Of a stretch of 64,000 nucleotides of DNA, positions 1 to 9,754 are shown piece by piece. Numbering within the stretch: the stretch's first letter is position 1; each line of letters opens with the position of its first letter. Under the pieces are notes generated by a model. It had not been told where the DNA came from. It worked only from the letters and a program-made list of their open reading frames with translations, and made no database searches. A program made the translations under genes and the position numbers. The DNA is from Promethearchaeota archaeon (GTDB lineage Archaea; Asgardarchaeota; Thorarchaeia; Thorarchaeales; Thorarchaeaceae), in assembly GCA_048939765.1 (NCBI GenBank), contig JBHLPF010000001.1, positions 46,073 through 110,072 of the forward strand, read 5' to 3'.

Positions 1-315
1 AAAAGCACGTGGAAAGAAGTCCACGGTGGGGCCTTCTTCTGGACCGAATTGAAAGACCACTGCTATGCCGCGGGTGAGTATCAAATCCATCGATCTGAAC
101 CGCCTTCTAATAAGACCCCCATCAACTCCTGCAATTCTCAGTCCGGACAGATCTGTGGGCTCAATCATCTTGGAGAATTGTGTTTCCACAGCGTCTGCTG
201 TAAGTGCGGGATACCGACCCAAATCCAGCTCTCCTTTGATCCGCGATAGAACAGATCCAAACCGCTTTCTAGTGTCCTCAATACGTTCTATCTCTTCGAC
301 CAAAATGGTAAGCAT
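1..315 (-). CDS. Hypothetical protein, N-terminal part only; the gene runs off the left edge of the window. It contains a 'GVDGG' motif.
   Basis: Manual reverse-complement translation of 1..315 gives an uninterrupted frame. It starts at an ATG whose complement is at 313-315, 20 nt downstream of the pyrG stop. Sequence: MLTILVEEIERIEDTRKRFGSVLSRIKGELDLGRYPALTADAVETQFSKMIEPTDLSGLRIAGVDGGLIRRRF... This frame is not in the supplied ORF track because it is truncated by the window edge. Confidence 0.35.
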   Translation of the reverse strand, partial: MLTILVEEIERIEDTRKRFGSVLSRIKGELDLGRYPALTADAVETQFSKMIEPTDLSGLRIAGVDGGLIRRRFRSMDLILTRGIAVVFQFGPEEGPTVDFFPRAF

Positions 316-335
316 TGAGTCAAGGTTATGGTCCA

Positions 336-2012
336 CTACGCTTTCCCTCTCTGTTTCTTGTATTCAAGAGCGGCTCTAATAAGGCCCAAGTAGAGAGGGT
401 GTGGAGAGTCTGGACGAGACTTGAACTCCGGATGGAATTGAACACCTATCCAAAAAGGATGGTCGACCAGTTCCACAGCATTGATAATCTCACCGCTGGT
501 ATCGTACGCAGAAACAATCAATCCTTGTTCCTTCATTCTGTTGACGTACCTGTCGATGAGATGGAATCGGTGTCTGAACCTCTCCCTAGTGGTTGTCTTT
601 CCATAAATGCTGTGAAGCTTTGTTCCCTTTAGAATCGAAACCTCATGACCACCCAAACGCATTGTCCCGCCCTTGTCATTTACGCTCTTTTGTTCGTCCA
701 TTAGGTCTATAACAGGATAGAGACTGTCTGCATCTACTTCTGTGGTATGTGCACCTTTCCAGTCCATCATTTTCCTTGCAAAAGCCACAGTTCCTAGCTG
801 AGCGCCATAGCAGATTCCTAGTAACGGAATCTCAAGGTCAAAGGTCAATGTAGCGGCACAAATCATGCCTTCGACTCCACGTTCACCAAATCCTGGTGTC
901 AAGAGAACTCCATCTACATCCTGCAAGTCCTCACGAAGACTTGCCTCATCACAACGCTCTTCAGTTTCAATCCACTTGATTGTCACTCGAGCACCGCACG
1001 CTGCAGAAGCATGAGACAACGCCTCATTGATGCTCTTGTAGGAATCACTGAGCGACGTATATTTGCCGGGCATTGCAATGGTTATACTATCATGAGGAGA
1101 TTCAAATGTCTTGACCATTTCATGCCATTGCTCGGTATCAGGCACATGGTTTTCTAGACCTAAATGATTGGTTAAGATGCCTCCGAGACCTTGATCCTCA
1201 AATGATAAGGGCAGTCGATAAATAACCGGTATATCAGGATTGGAAATAACTCTGTTCACAGGAACGTTGCAGAAAAGAGCAATCTTGCTCTCTGCCGAAG
1301 GAGGCAACTCTTTTTCGGCTCGGCAAATTATTACATCAGGTTGAAGACCAAGGCCTTGAAGAGTCCTAACACTGTGTTGGGTTGGTTTGGTCTTGAACTC
1401 TCCAACAGAGCCTATGTAGGGAACAAGTGTCACATGCACAAGAGCAACTCTTTCATGACCAACTTCACTGACCAACTGACGAACTGCCTCAAGAAATGGC
1501 ATTGCTTCGATATCCCCTGCGGTACCTCCTATTTCCACCAGCAGTACATCGGGTTTCTGTTCCTCTACGACTTTCCAGATTCGGTGTTTTATCCTGTCTG
1601 TAACATGAGGGATTATCTGAACGGTTCTGCCCAGAAAGCTCCCTTTTCGTTCTCCTAGGATTACTGAGGTATAAATTTGACCTGATGTGATGTTTTGAGA
1701 AGGATGAACTTCCATCCCAGTAAACCGTTCGTATGTACCAAAATCCAAGTCAATCTCAGAGATTATGAACTCAAATCCTTCTGCGGGACAAAACGCCCAT
1801 GGCTGATCTGTTACAAACACCTCGCCATGTTCAACAGGGTTCAATGTTCCGGGATCAATGTTTAGGTAGGGATCTATTTTCATTATGCCGATTTTGTATC
1901 CTCGAAATTGGAAGAGCTTTGCAATTGATGCTGTTGTGACACCTTTCCCAATCCCGGAGAGTACGCCCCCTGTAACAAAAACAAAGCGGGTCTGGTCTTG
2001 ATTCGTGTTCAA
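336..2012 (-). CDS. pyrG: CTP synthase (glutamine-hydrolysing)
   Basis: 558 aa. N-terminal synthetase domain (VFVTGGVLSGIGKG) and C-terminal class-I glutamine amidotransferase domain (GICYGAQL, catalytic Cys). Typical PyrG length and architecture. Confidence 0.93.
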   Translation of the reverse strand: MNTNQDQTRFVFVTGGVLSGIGKGVTTASIAKLFQFRGYKIGIMKIDPYLNIDPGTLNPVEHGEVFVTDQPWAFCPAEGFEFIISEIDLDFGTYERFTGMEVHPSQNITSGQIYTSVILGERKGSFLGRTVQIIPHVTDRIKHRIWKVVEEQKPDVLLVEIGGTAGDIEAMPFLEAVRQLVSEVGHERVALVHVTLVPYIGSVGEFKTKPTQHSVRTLQGLGLQPDVIICRAEKELPPSAESKIALFCNVPVNRVISNPDIPVIYRLPLSFEDQGLGGILTNHLGLENHVPDTEQWHEMVKTFESPHDSITIAMPGKYTSLSDSYKSINEALSHASAACGARVTIKWIETEERCDEASLREDLQDVDGVLLTPGFGERGVEGMICAATLTFDLEIPLLGICYGAQLGTVAFARKMMDWKGAHTTEVDADSLYPVIDLMDEQKSVNDKGGTMRLGGHEVSILKGTKLHSIYGKTTTRERFRHRFHLIDRYVNRMKEQGLIVSAYDTSGEIINAVELVDHPFWIGVQFHPEFKSRPDSPHPLYLGLIRAALEYKKQRGKA

Positions 2013-2133
2013 GAATGATTCCTCATGTTCTTGACCCCGTCATATTCTACGGCTCAAGACTATGCGTCGCTGCTACGTGAGGTCGTATAAATCGTTCGTT
2101 ACAGATGCGTATTTTGCGCCCTTCTGATTCATA

Positions 2134-2712
2134 TTAAATTGGCTTTGTGAGAACACTTGCACGCATAGCGTTTCCAAAGAGATGCTGAAATGCCTCTAGG
2201 ATGTTGAAGCCATCCTTGGCTATGCTTTTGAACACAGGGACGGCTCGCGGAAGTCTTAGGTGCTGCCGTATTTCGTCTTCTTGAACTGCTCCTGGAAGAT
2301 CCTGCTTGTTGAGGCAGACAACTATTGGCAGGGGTCGCTCCTCCTCCGCCACCAATGCCACCAGCTCGTTCCAACTTGCCTGATTCTCTTGCAACAGGTG
2401 TTCCTGAGAATCGACCATGAAAACGACTCCATCTGCACCTACAAGGACCACTTCTCTAGTTGACCTATAGAAGTCTTGACCAGTTGCTGACCATACATGA
2501 GCGTTGATCTTCCAGCTGTCCCCTAATGCAAATGGAATTGTGCCAAAGTCGCAGAACATAGTCCTACCCACAGTGTTCTCAATGGATGTCAGTTTGTCTG
2601 CATAATCAAGGCTTGAGAAGAGCCATCGTATGGCAGTGGTTTTGCCACTCATTGCAGGGCCAAAGAACACTATTTTGAGACCGACCGTACGAGTACCATA
2701 GTCTATAATCAT
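2134..2712 (-). CDS. Arf-like small GTPase (Ras superfamily; ArfR-type as found in Asgard archaea)
   Basis: 192 aa. G1 GPAMSGKTT, G3 WSATGQD (DxxGQ) and G4 NKQD (the Arf-type NKQD). Last gene of an operon with a roadblock/LC7 protein. Confidence 0.8.
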   Translation of the reverse strand: MIIDYGTRTVGLKIVFFGPAMSGKTTAIRWLFSSLDYADKLTSIENTVGRTMFCDFGTIPFALGDSWKINAHVWSATGQDFYRSTREVVLVGADGVVFMVDSQEHLLQENQASWNELVALVAEEERPLPIVVCLNKQDLPGAVQEDEIRQHLRLPRAVPVFKSIAKDGFNILEAFQHLFGNAMRASVLTKPI

Positions 2713-2727
2713 CCCTTCACTCCCTGA

Positions 2728-3648
2728 TTACGTTCCCCACATACTGTCAACCCACGCACCAAGGCCAGATAACGCACCGGACTTCACGCAGTCAGAAAAG
2801 TCCTCGTGCCATTCTGCAACGATGAATCGAATAAGGTCAGACAAATCGCCGTCTTCCCATCCAATTGCCTCATACAGATTTCTCTCAGTCAGCGCAGTAG
2901 ATGCACCAAGTTCCCTGGCTAGACGGATTCTGGATAATAGAGTAACTGCTCTTCTGGCTGCATGTACATAGTTGCTTATTTCTTCATCAAACACATCATG
3001 CGTCAGTTTCTCAGATTCATCATCAAGCTTCAAGACTGCATTTATGATTCCACTTGATACATTGACGCCACGAAGTGATTTTCTCAGAAGGCGTCTGATT
3101 CTCTCGAGAGATTGACGTTTTCGAGTCAGAATCTTAGTAACTATCTTCTTTTCCACCTCCAAATTGCCGCTACATGGCTCTATGAGGGAGAAGTTCATCG
3201 ATGAAGGAGAGGCCACTCTCAAGATTCCACAATTGTTGGAATGCTGTAGCACTCGATGAATCACCGTTTGCATCATCTCTTCATTCACATGCATTCCTAA
3301 CACATTGGCTCCTATTGGGATTGCAAGAAGCCATCCAGAAAATCTGGTTATTCGTTCTAGAGCCAGTCGGAGGTTTGACGAGAGCCCGCAGATGATGGTT
3401 CTACTGACTTCATAGTTGTGCTTTTCCTCCTCCCAAACTGCAAGAAGCTCGGTTTCGGAGGTGAAATCACGCCAGAACACAAGCTTGTGATGGTGAGGGC
3501 ACAACATAGCAAGGCTTTCAGTGATGTCATCTACTAGTTCAACATCTTGACCAGTTACCAGGATAGGAAGACGGTTCATCACGGAATTCAACAGAAGCGG
3601 AAAATCATCCCCCAAAAGCTCAATCATTCGCATTATAGAATAAGTCAT
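2728..3648 (-). CDS. Hypothetical protein, middle gene of the GTPase/roadblock operon
   Basis: 306-aa ORF. Its stop overlaps the upstream gene (3645..3648), which is typical of translational coupling. No motif recognised. Confidence 0.5.
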   Translation of the reverse strand: MTYSIMRMIELLGDDFPLLLNSVMNRLPILVTGQDVELVDDITESLAMLCPHHHKLVFWRDFTSETELLAVWEEEKHNYEVSRTIICGLSSNLRLALERITRFSGWLLAIPIGANVLGMHVNEEMMQTVIHRVLQHSNNCGILRVASPSSMNFSLIEPCSGNLEVEKKIVTKILTRKRQSLERIRRLLRKSLRGVNVSSGIINAVLKLDDESEKLTHDVFDEEISNYVHAARRAVTLLSRIRLARELGASTALTERNLYEAIGWEDGDLSDLIRFIVAEWHEDFSDCVKSGALSGLGAWVDSMWGT

Positions 3649-4592
3649 GGTTCTCGCCTCGCTAAAACCATTCCATTTTCATTGCCGCCAGCTAGAAGCA
3701 GCTCTCTTAGATCGTCTGGAACTGAAAGGCGCATTGCTTCGGCAGTACTAAGAACACGTTTAATCTCCTCAATGTAGTGCTTGAGCAGAAGCCGCATGAG
3801 GCCAAGTTTCTGACCTCCACGATTTACCCAAAGGCTGAACACTCCGTTTGGCACAGCATAGATGAAGTGCCTTATAGATCCCGCTTCGCAGAGAACAGTC
3901 TGAAGAGAACTATTGCGGAGCGTTCGTACCACGCGTTCTGATGCATCATGTAGAGCAAAGGACATTGCAGCAAGTCTATCATTAGTAAATCCCTCCAGAG
4001 AAACACGAACACCACCACTGAGAGAGAGAAAGACCGATTCGATATCAGGAATGCCATCATGCACCTGCCGCAATAACGCTCTCAGTGCGAGAGCTTGAGA
4101 CCGATCAAGTGATATGATTGACCGTGATGTGGCATAGGAGGTATCTCGTCCTTCAGCCACAGCGAACCCGCCAAGAACACGATGGGTTTCTTCACTACTG
4201 TATGAGCGCAGCGGTGGGAGCCTTCCATCCACATGCTGACGCAGCAAGAATGCAACACGAGATAAACTGTCCTTCATCTCTATGAATAGCGCTGCAAGAT
4301 TAACCCTGGGTGCAGTTGTAACGGTCAAGAAGTAGTCAGGATCATTGGGAAGTGAGGCAAGAAATACTTTGGAGGTTTCGGATTCCATAAGAAGATACTT
4401 GAATTCGCCATGGACAAGACGTGCAACGCCATAGATTGCACATGTCGATGATGCAATCGCGAATACCTCTTCCTTGCTGAACCAGACCCCAGCACTGGCA
4501 ACCGGGAGTCCATCCTTCTGAATTAGGACTACATTTTCAACGCCTGCAATCATCTTTATGGTTTGCAGCGTTTCGTTTAGCTCGTCAGTCAA
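3645..4592 (-). CDS. Roadblock/LC7 (MglB-like) domain protein with three tandem roadblock-like repeats
   Basis: 315 aa. N-terminal LQTIKMIAGVENVVLIQKDGLPVAS matches the Roadblock/LC7 signature. Two further similar segments follow (HRVLGGFAVAEGRDTSY..., SVFLSLSGGVRVSLEG...). First gene of the operon that ends in the Arf-like GTPase. Confidence 0.65.
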   Translation of the reverse strand: MTDELNETLQTIKMIAGVENVVLIQKDGLPVASAGVWFSKEEVFAIASSTCAIYGVARLVHGEFKYLLMESETSKVFLASLPNDPDYFLTVTTAPRVNLAALFIEMKDSLSRVAFLLRQHVDGRLPPLRSYSSEETHRVLGGFAVAEGRDTSYATSRSIISLDRSQALALRALLRQVHDGIPDIESVFLSLSGGVRVSLEGFTNDRLAAMSFALHDASERVVRTLRNSSLQTVLCEAGSIRHFIYAVPNGVFSLWVNRGGQKLGLMRLLLKHYIEEIKRVLSTAEAMRLSVPDDLRELLLAGGNENGMVLARREP

Positions 4593-4705
4593 TCGCTCAG
4601 CTCCGGACCTAGAAGATGGTCCAATCTAGAATCTCGGAGGTTACTATATAACCACCACACAGACGGTGTTCTTCGTGGTGAGTTTGTGTGAAGCTTGGCC
4701 AATGA

Positions 4706-6001
4706 TCACATGTGAATTAATGCGGCATCTGGGACCTCTTGAAAGACTTCACGGGCGGCTTTTCCGACCTTTCTGCGATTGCGGTCAAATGTATACACAC
4801 GGATGACATCGAGGTATACCTTCATCATCTCTGCAATGTTTGAGTAGTCTGAGAGATTATGAGAGACCTTCTTGCTATCAATCATCTCGAAGATTCGTAT
4901 CTCCATGGGATTGAGCTGATGTGGATTATAGGGAACTGATGGAAGAGTAGGCACATCTACAATCACTTCATCGGCTGGTACATCTGCTAATGCTGCAATC
5001 TCATCCTCAATGCTCTCTCTGACTCTGCGCTTCGTAAGAATTTTGGATACAAAGCGATCTTCGGTGTGCAGGACTTTCTCGAAGACGGACTTGTACAGAA
5101 TACGCGAATCTAACATGTTTACCATTCTGACCGCTTCTTTGGCATCGTCAGACTCAGTGGGGTTAATCTTTCTGATTCTTGATATCAATGACATATCATC
5201 TAGCTTCAGAAACTCTTCAGGAGTTGAAAAGCTCGTCAATCCTAAGACACTGTCTGCAGCATTCATGAGCTTGACCAACATTACCTCAACACTGCGAACT
5301 GTCTTGTGATAATAGACATTGAGAAACATCTCATACCGTGCAACAAGGAATGCTTCCAGAGCGCCTCTGGCTGCAATATCGAACTCTGGTATGAGATCAT
5401 CAGAAACTTCTAGGCTGTTGATGAGTCGATGAATGTCAACAAGACCATAGTTTACCCCGCAATAGAATGAGTCTCTAATCAGATAGTCCATCTTATCAGC
5501 ATCAACTTGACCTGCAACGATGGAACTAACAACTGAATCAGTCTTGGTTTCACGTCTTCCGCGAACTAGGTTGGCTATTCGGTCTTTAGATATTCCACCA
5601 TCCTCAAGCAGGTCTCCAACCTCGCTCTCACGGATGATCCACTCAGTCACGTCTTCGTGGTTCCATCCCCTTCGTTCAATTAGTGACTCCTCAAATACAT
5701 GGCTGAATGGACCATGACCTATGTCATGTAAGAGGCCTGAGATACGTACTTCTTGAAGGGTCTTCTCACCAAGACTCATTGGGCCGAGTAGCCTCCTTCC
5801 TGTCAGACCTGCTAGATACATTGCACCAATGCAGTGCCCGAAGCGGGTATGTTCAGCGGCAGGGTATACGAAATGACCGCCAGAGAGCTGTTTTATCCGT
5901 CTTAGTCGTTGATAGGGCCTTGAGTTAATAACCTTGGACTCAAGTTCTGTGAGCCCGATGAAACCATGGATAGGATCGTTCAGCTCCATAATGAAATCCA
6001 T
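4706..6001 (-). CDS. HD-domain phosphohydrolase (dGTPase/SAMHD1-like dNTP triphosphohydrolase family)
   Basis: 431 aa. HD motif region HTRFGHCIGAMYLAG...LLHDIGHGPFSH...D. Length and layout resemble archaeal dGTP triphosphohydrolase-like proteins. Confidence 0.7.
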   Translation of the reverse strand: MDFIMELNDPIHGFIGLTELESKVINSRPYQRLRRIKQLSGGHFVYPAAEHTRFGHCIGAMYLAGLTGRRLLGPMSLGEKTLQEVRISGLLHDIGHGPFSHVFEESLIERRGWNHEDVTEWIIRESEVGDLLEDGGISKDRIANLVRGRRETKTDSVVSSIVAGQVDADKMDYLIRDSFYCGVNYGLVDIHRLINSLEVSDDLIPEFDIAARGALEAFLVARYEMFLNVYYHKTVRSVEVMLVKLMNAADSVLGLTSFSTPEEFLKLDDMSLISRIRKINPTESDDAKEAVRMVNMLDSRILYKSVFEKVLHTEDRFVSKILTKRRVRESIEDEIAALADVPADEVIVDVPTLPSVPYNPHQLNPMEIRIFEMIDSKKVSHNLSDYSNIAEMMKVYLDVIRVYTFDRNRRKVGKAAREVFQEVPDAALIHM

Positions 6002-6018
6002 AAGAATCCCTCAAGCGT

Positions 6019-6834
6019 CTACATCTGTGGGTTGAATGACCTCAGCTCTCGAATTAATTCGTCAGAAGCCAGGTCTGACACGCAAAGAGGTAGATGGATA
6101 CTGTCTGCAATTTTGACAGCAAGTGGATCAAGCTCCTTAACTCCTTGTAATATCACAGCAGCTGGCTTCACTGCAGCAGAAGTGCCAATCTGACTTGCCT
6201 TTATTGCAACCATGGGAGAACGTCCAGTAGAAACGTTCGTGAGAATTGCCGCTCTTTGAGTGGTTCCTCCATAGAGTCGAAGAAGCTGTTGTGGAGTTAA
6301 ACTGACAATGGCTTTTACACTGTCCAGTGCTGTGTAACCATAGATATCGCGATCTAGCAGGTTGCCATGTGTGAGGATTTTGCATTCAAGATGATCGACT
6401 AGTAGACGTGCTGGCACGGGCAATCCAAATTCCCTGCTGTCAAGTATGGCATCAGATGCTATTTCTGGAGCTAGCAGTTTCTCAAGTGCCACGGCAACTC
6501 TTCCACCATTGAGGGCATCCATCTCGATTAAGCCTTCGACAAATCGCCTTATGGTTTCAACACGAGGTGATTTTCTTCGTCCACTTTCATAATCGCTGAT
6601 TACAGAGGGCGATACGCCAAGATGTTTTGCCAAGTGTTTCTGTGAGATTTGGAAACGCTCGCGCCAGCGTTTCATCACAGCTCCAGGATCGTTCTCAGCG
6701 AGGCATATCTCTCCCGCCATGGCTTCAGCCAGCCTATGCAATGCCTCACTTCCTTCCATACCAAGACTCCAAAGGACCTTTTCTGATAAAGATTTGCGAA
6801 GTGATAGGTTGTCACTGAACCTATGCGACACCAC
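6019..6834 (-). CDS. XRE-family helix-turn-helix transcriptional regulator with an uncharacterised C-terminal domain
   Basis: 271 aa. HTH_XRE-like segment ISQKHLAKHLGVSPSVISDYESGRRKSP. Confidence 0.5.
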   Translation of the reverse strand: MVSHRFSDNLSLRKSLSEKVLWSLGMEGSEALHRLAEAMAGEICLAENDPGAVMKRWRERFQISQKHLAKHLGVSPSVISDYESGRRKSPRVETIRRFVEGLIEMDALNGGRVAVALEKLLAPEIASDAILDSREFGLPVPARLLVDHLECKILTHGNLLDRDIYGYTALDSVKAIVSLTPQQLLRLYGGTTQRAAILTNVSTGRSPMVAIKASQIGTSAAVKPAAVILQGVKELDPLAVKIADSIHLPLCVSDLASDELIRELRSFNPQM

Positions 6835-6872
6835 ACCGAAGGACTCAAAGAGAGCTCGTTGCTCAAAGCAAT

Positions 6873-7649
6873 TTGGTTGAAGTCATGTTCTTCACATTCC
6901 TAGTTGGTACTGCAGGATCAGGTAAATCGCTTCTTACATCATCTCTTGAGAAATGGCTGGTAGAGGCTGAAACAAGCGTCACTGTTGTGAATCTTGATCC
7001 TGGAGTAGATGACCCACCTTACACAAGTGATGTAGATATCCGTGAATATGTGAACTATGGTGAAGTGATGCAGCAGTTTGGGCTGGGTCCAAATGGTGCT
7101 CTTGTTGCTTGCCTAGACATGGCTATAGGTCACGTAGGTGATTTGAGAGAAGAGATATTCGAACTTGAACGTGATTATGTCTTGGTTGACTGCCCGGGAC
7201 AAATGGAGCTTTTTGCTTATCGAAACTCCGGACCTCTAATGGTTTCAAGCCTTATGGCTCAAGATCCAGCTGTTTCACTCTATCTGCTTGATTCAAATAT
7301 TGCTCGCACGCCAGTTGGATATCTCTCTTCCATGCTTCTTGGCATCTCGATAAGCATTCGTTTTGGCCTCCCTCAAATCGGGGTTCTAAGTAAATCTGAT
7401 ATCCTTATGGAAGAGCAAATAGAAGAAATACTATCATGGTCATCTGACACCTACCTGCTGGAAGAGGCACTCGAAGGTAGTTCCACTGGTCTTGTCAGAG
7501 AATACTCCAGTGCAATTCTTCGTATGCTTGATGACATCGGCGGAGGCAGTCCTGTTGTGCCTGTGTCTGCAAAGCTCATGGATGGAGTTGAAATCCTATA
7601 TGGAGAACTCCAACGTGCGTTCCTAGGCGGAGACAATCTGGTAGTCTGA
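6873..7649 (+). CDS. GPN-loop GTPase
   Basis: 258 aa. P-loop GTAGSGKS, then DPG, a GPNGAL (GPN) motif and DCPGQMELF (G3). The family is conserved in Archaea and Eukarya. Confidence 0.85.
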   Translation: MVEVMFFTFLVGTAGSGKSLLTSSLEKWLVEAETSVTVVNLDPGVDDPPYTSDVDIREYVNYGEVMQQFGLGPNGALVACLDMAIGHVGDLREEIFELERDYVLVDCPGQMELFAYRNSGPLMVSSLMAQDPAVSLYLLDSNIARTPVGYLSSMLLGISISIRFGLPQIGVLSKSDILMEEQIEEILSWSSDTYLLEEALEGSSTGLVREYSSAILRMLDDIGGGSPVVPVSAKLMDGVEILYGELQRAFLGGDNLVV

Positions 7650-7662
7650 GCGGGGGTTCAAA

Positions 7663-8694
7663 TTGCGGACCTTCTTTGTAATCATATCGGGCGAGGATTT
7701 CAACCTCGCCAAGGCTGAGATTGATTCGTTGATTGAATTAGCAGGAGCTGATGCCAAGGTTATGTGGCTTGGGCAGCTAGCTCAGATTGAGTCAACCTAC
7801 GACCTCACTGATTTTTTGCTGGAAAGGGCTGCCATGGTAAAAGAAGCCGGAGCCATAATTGGTCAGGGGCCATTGTCGGATGCATCCCTAGAGTGGCTTT
7901 CTGATGATGTTCTCGTGAAATGTGTGAAACCAACAGGAACATTCTCAATTAGAACTAGGTCTCTTGCAGAAGAAAGACATGTGGAACAAAGGGAGAGATT
8001 GAGTAAGTCACTTGGCGCACGTATCAGAAATCTGACCAATGCAAGAGTATCATTAGACAACCCAGAAGTCAGAATACTCCTTGTATTAGCTCCCGATAGA
8101 GCGCTGGTTTGTATTTCTAAAGAGTCGAAGCTGAGACGGGAGCTAAGACTTAGAGAACCGGGAAAGAAACCTTTCTTCCATCCATCAATGATGAATTCCC
8201 AGTTGGCGAGAGTCGTTTGCAATCTTGCTGGAATAAAGCCAAAAGCGACCGTACTCGATCCGTTCTGCGGTGGTGGAGGCATCCTATGCGAAGCGGCCCT
8301 CATAGGCGCAAGGGTACTGGGATGGGACCTTAACTGGCGTCTAATCTTGGGTGCGATTAGGAATCTTACAGAATTATTGGTCAAAGAATCGTCTGTGATT
8401 CAAGCTGATTCACGCTGGCCGCCCTTACAGACAAAGAAAATAGACTGCATAGTTACAGACCCCCCGTATGGTCGGACCAGTTCCACTAGAGGTGCAAAGG
8501 CGAGAAGACTGGCCCAAACCTTCTTGGAACAAACGCCTGAGATTCTCAAAGACGGCGGACGTCTATGCATCTGTGGAAGCCAAGAACTGAGAATCAAAGA
8601 AATGATGCAAGATTTGGGATTTGCTATCAAATATCATGTTCTTGTACCTGTGCATAGTGGTCTCACACGCGAAGTCACAGCAGCACAGTTCTAA
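7663..8694 (+). CDS. trm11: tRNA (guanine10-N2)-methyltransferase, Trm11/TrmG10 family (THUMP domain plus class I methyltransferase)
   Basis: 343 aa. N-terminal THUMP-like region, SAM motif DPFCGGGG and catalytic DPPYG. Confidence 0.75.
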   Translation: MRTFFVIISGEDFNLAKAEIDSLIELAGADAKVMWLGQLAQIESTYDLTDFLLERAAMVKEAGAIIGQGPLSDASLEWLSDDVLVKCVKPTGTFSIRTRSLAEERHVEQRERLSKSLGARIRNLTNARVSLDNPEVRILLVLAPDRALVCISKESKLRRELRLREPGKKPFFHPSMMNSQLARVVCNLAGIKPKATVLDPFCGGGGILCEAALIGARVLGWDLNWRLILGAIRNLTELLVKESSVIQADSRWPPLQTKKIDCIVTDPPYGRTSSTRGAKARRLAQTFLEQTPEILKDGGRLCICGSQELRIKEMMQDLGFAIKYHVLVPVHSGLTREVTAAQF

Positions 8695-9110
8695 CTGTTA
8701 ACAATCCTTCCATCCTCAGTGGGGGGTACAAACCATGCAAGAAACTCATCAAAGGCAGCCTCATCATCAAACATAATCTCTAGTTCTACGCATCCTAAGG
8801 GAGGTTCTTCTTCAGTTTCATCAACAAGCCTCAGCTTTCCGTAAAATGCAGCCTGTTTATCAAAGAAGACAGATGTCTTGGACCCATCCCAGTTCGACAA
8901 GACTTTCTTCCGTACTGCATCAATAATCCGGAGAGCGTGGATGTACTGTTGCATAATATCAAGCGAACTTTTCTCATTTGACATCAACGTCATGTAACCA
9001 TACTCGTTTTCTTTGCATGGGCTGTCCGAAACAAAGAGATTGGTAAGGGCAGAACAGACGCGGGCTTTATCCTCTGTAGGATTAACAGGGCATCTTACAA
9101 TAGCATCCAT
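8691..9110 (-). CDS. Small conserved archaeal protein (UPF0201-like, predicted RNA-binding)
   Basis: 139 aa. Sits immediately downstream of a UPF0200-type P-loop kinase, which is the usual archaeal pairing. No catalytic motif. The family call is tentative. Confidence 0.35.
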   Translation of the reverse strand: MDAIVRCPVNPTEDKARVCSALTNLFVSDSPCKENEYGYMTLMSNEKSSLDIMQQYIHALRIIDAVRKKVLSNWDGSKTSVFFDKQAAFYGKLRLVDETEEEPPLGCVELEIMFDDEAAFDEFLAWFVPPTEDGRIVNS

Positions 9111-9650
9111 CTAGGTAAGCCTCTGAACAAGATTGTTTGATTCATTTCGTAGATCTTCTAAGGTTTCTTCATTCACCACTACAATGTCACTAAGCGCGAT
9201 TACTGCCCCTAGACCAACAGAAATCTCACGGAGGTCACGCTCTCTGAATGTAGTCCAGTCATGAGGATCATCCTTTCTGCCACGCTTCTGCAGACGTGAA
9301 AAACGCGTTCTGGGAGACGCATGTACACAGACTATGAACACTTCTTCCGCATAGCCATCGAACACATCAACCTCGGCAAGACTTCTGCAACCCTCTATCA
9401 CTACTACTTTTGAGTTTGAGTTTCTTAGACTGTCCAAACAGTGTTTAGCCACAGCACCTGGACCATCTCGCTCGCGAAGCTCCAACATGACTAGCTTGTT
9501 GTTCTTAGGATTTACATCCATTCCACGACGCTCCACTTCTTTGCGAATGACATCACCCATGACAATGATTGGAAATCCAGCATTTTGAAACGCATCTGCA
9601 ACTTCGCTCTTGCCCGATCCGGGCATCCCGGTTAGTATTATGAGCTTCAT
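9111..9650 (-). CDS. P-loop nucleotide kinase (UPF0200 / dephospho-CoA-kinase-like family)
   Basis: 179 aa. N-terminal MKLIILTGMPGSGKS Walker A. Size typical of archaeal UPF0200 proteins. Confidence 0.55.
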   Translation of the reverse strand: MKLIILTGMPGSGKSEVADAFQNAGFPIIVMGDVIRKEVERRGMDVNPKNNKLVMLELRERDGPGAVAKHCLDSLRNSNSKVVVIEGCRSLAEVDVFDGYAEEVFIVCVHASPRTRFSRLQKRGRKDDPHDWTTFRERDLREISVGLGAVIALSDIVVVNEETLEDLRNESNNLVQRLT

Positions 9651-9754
9651 GGTCAGGCTCCCTTGGAAGCGAACTGGTAATCCACTTTACCCTTGCGGTC
9701 GTCAGTCTAATATGACACGATGTTTCTTGAATTGATGGAACAAGGTGAGTCCAT

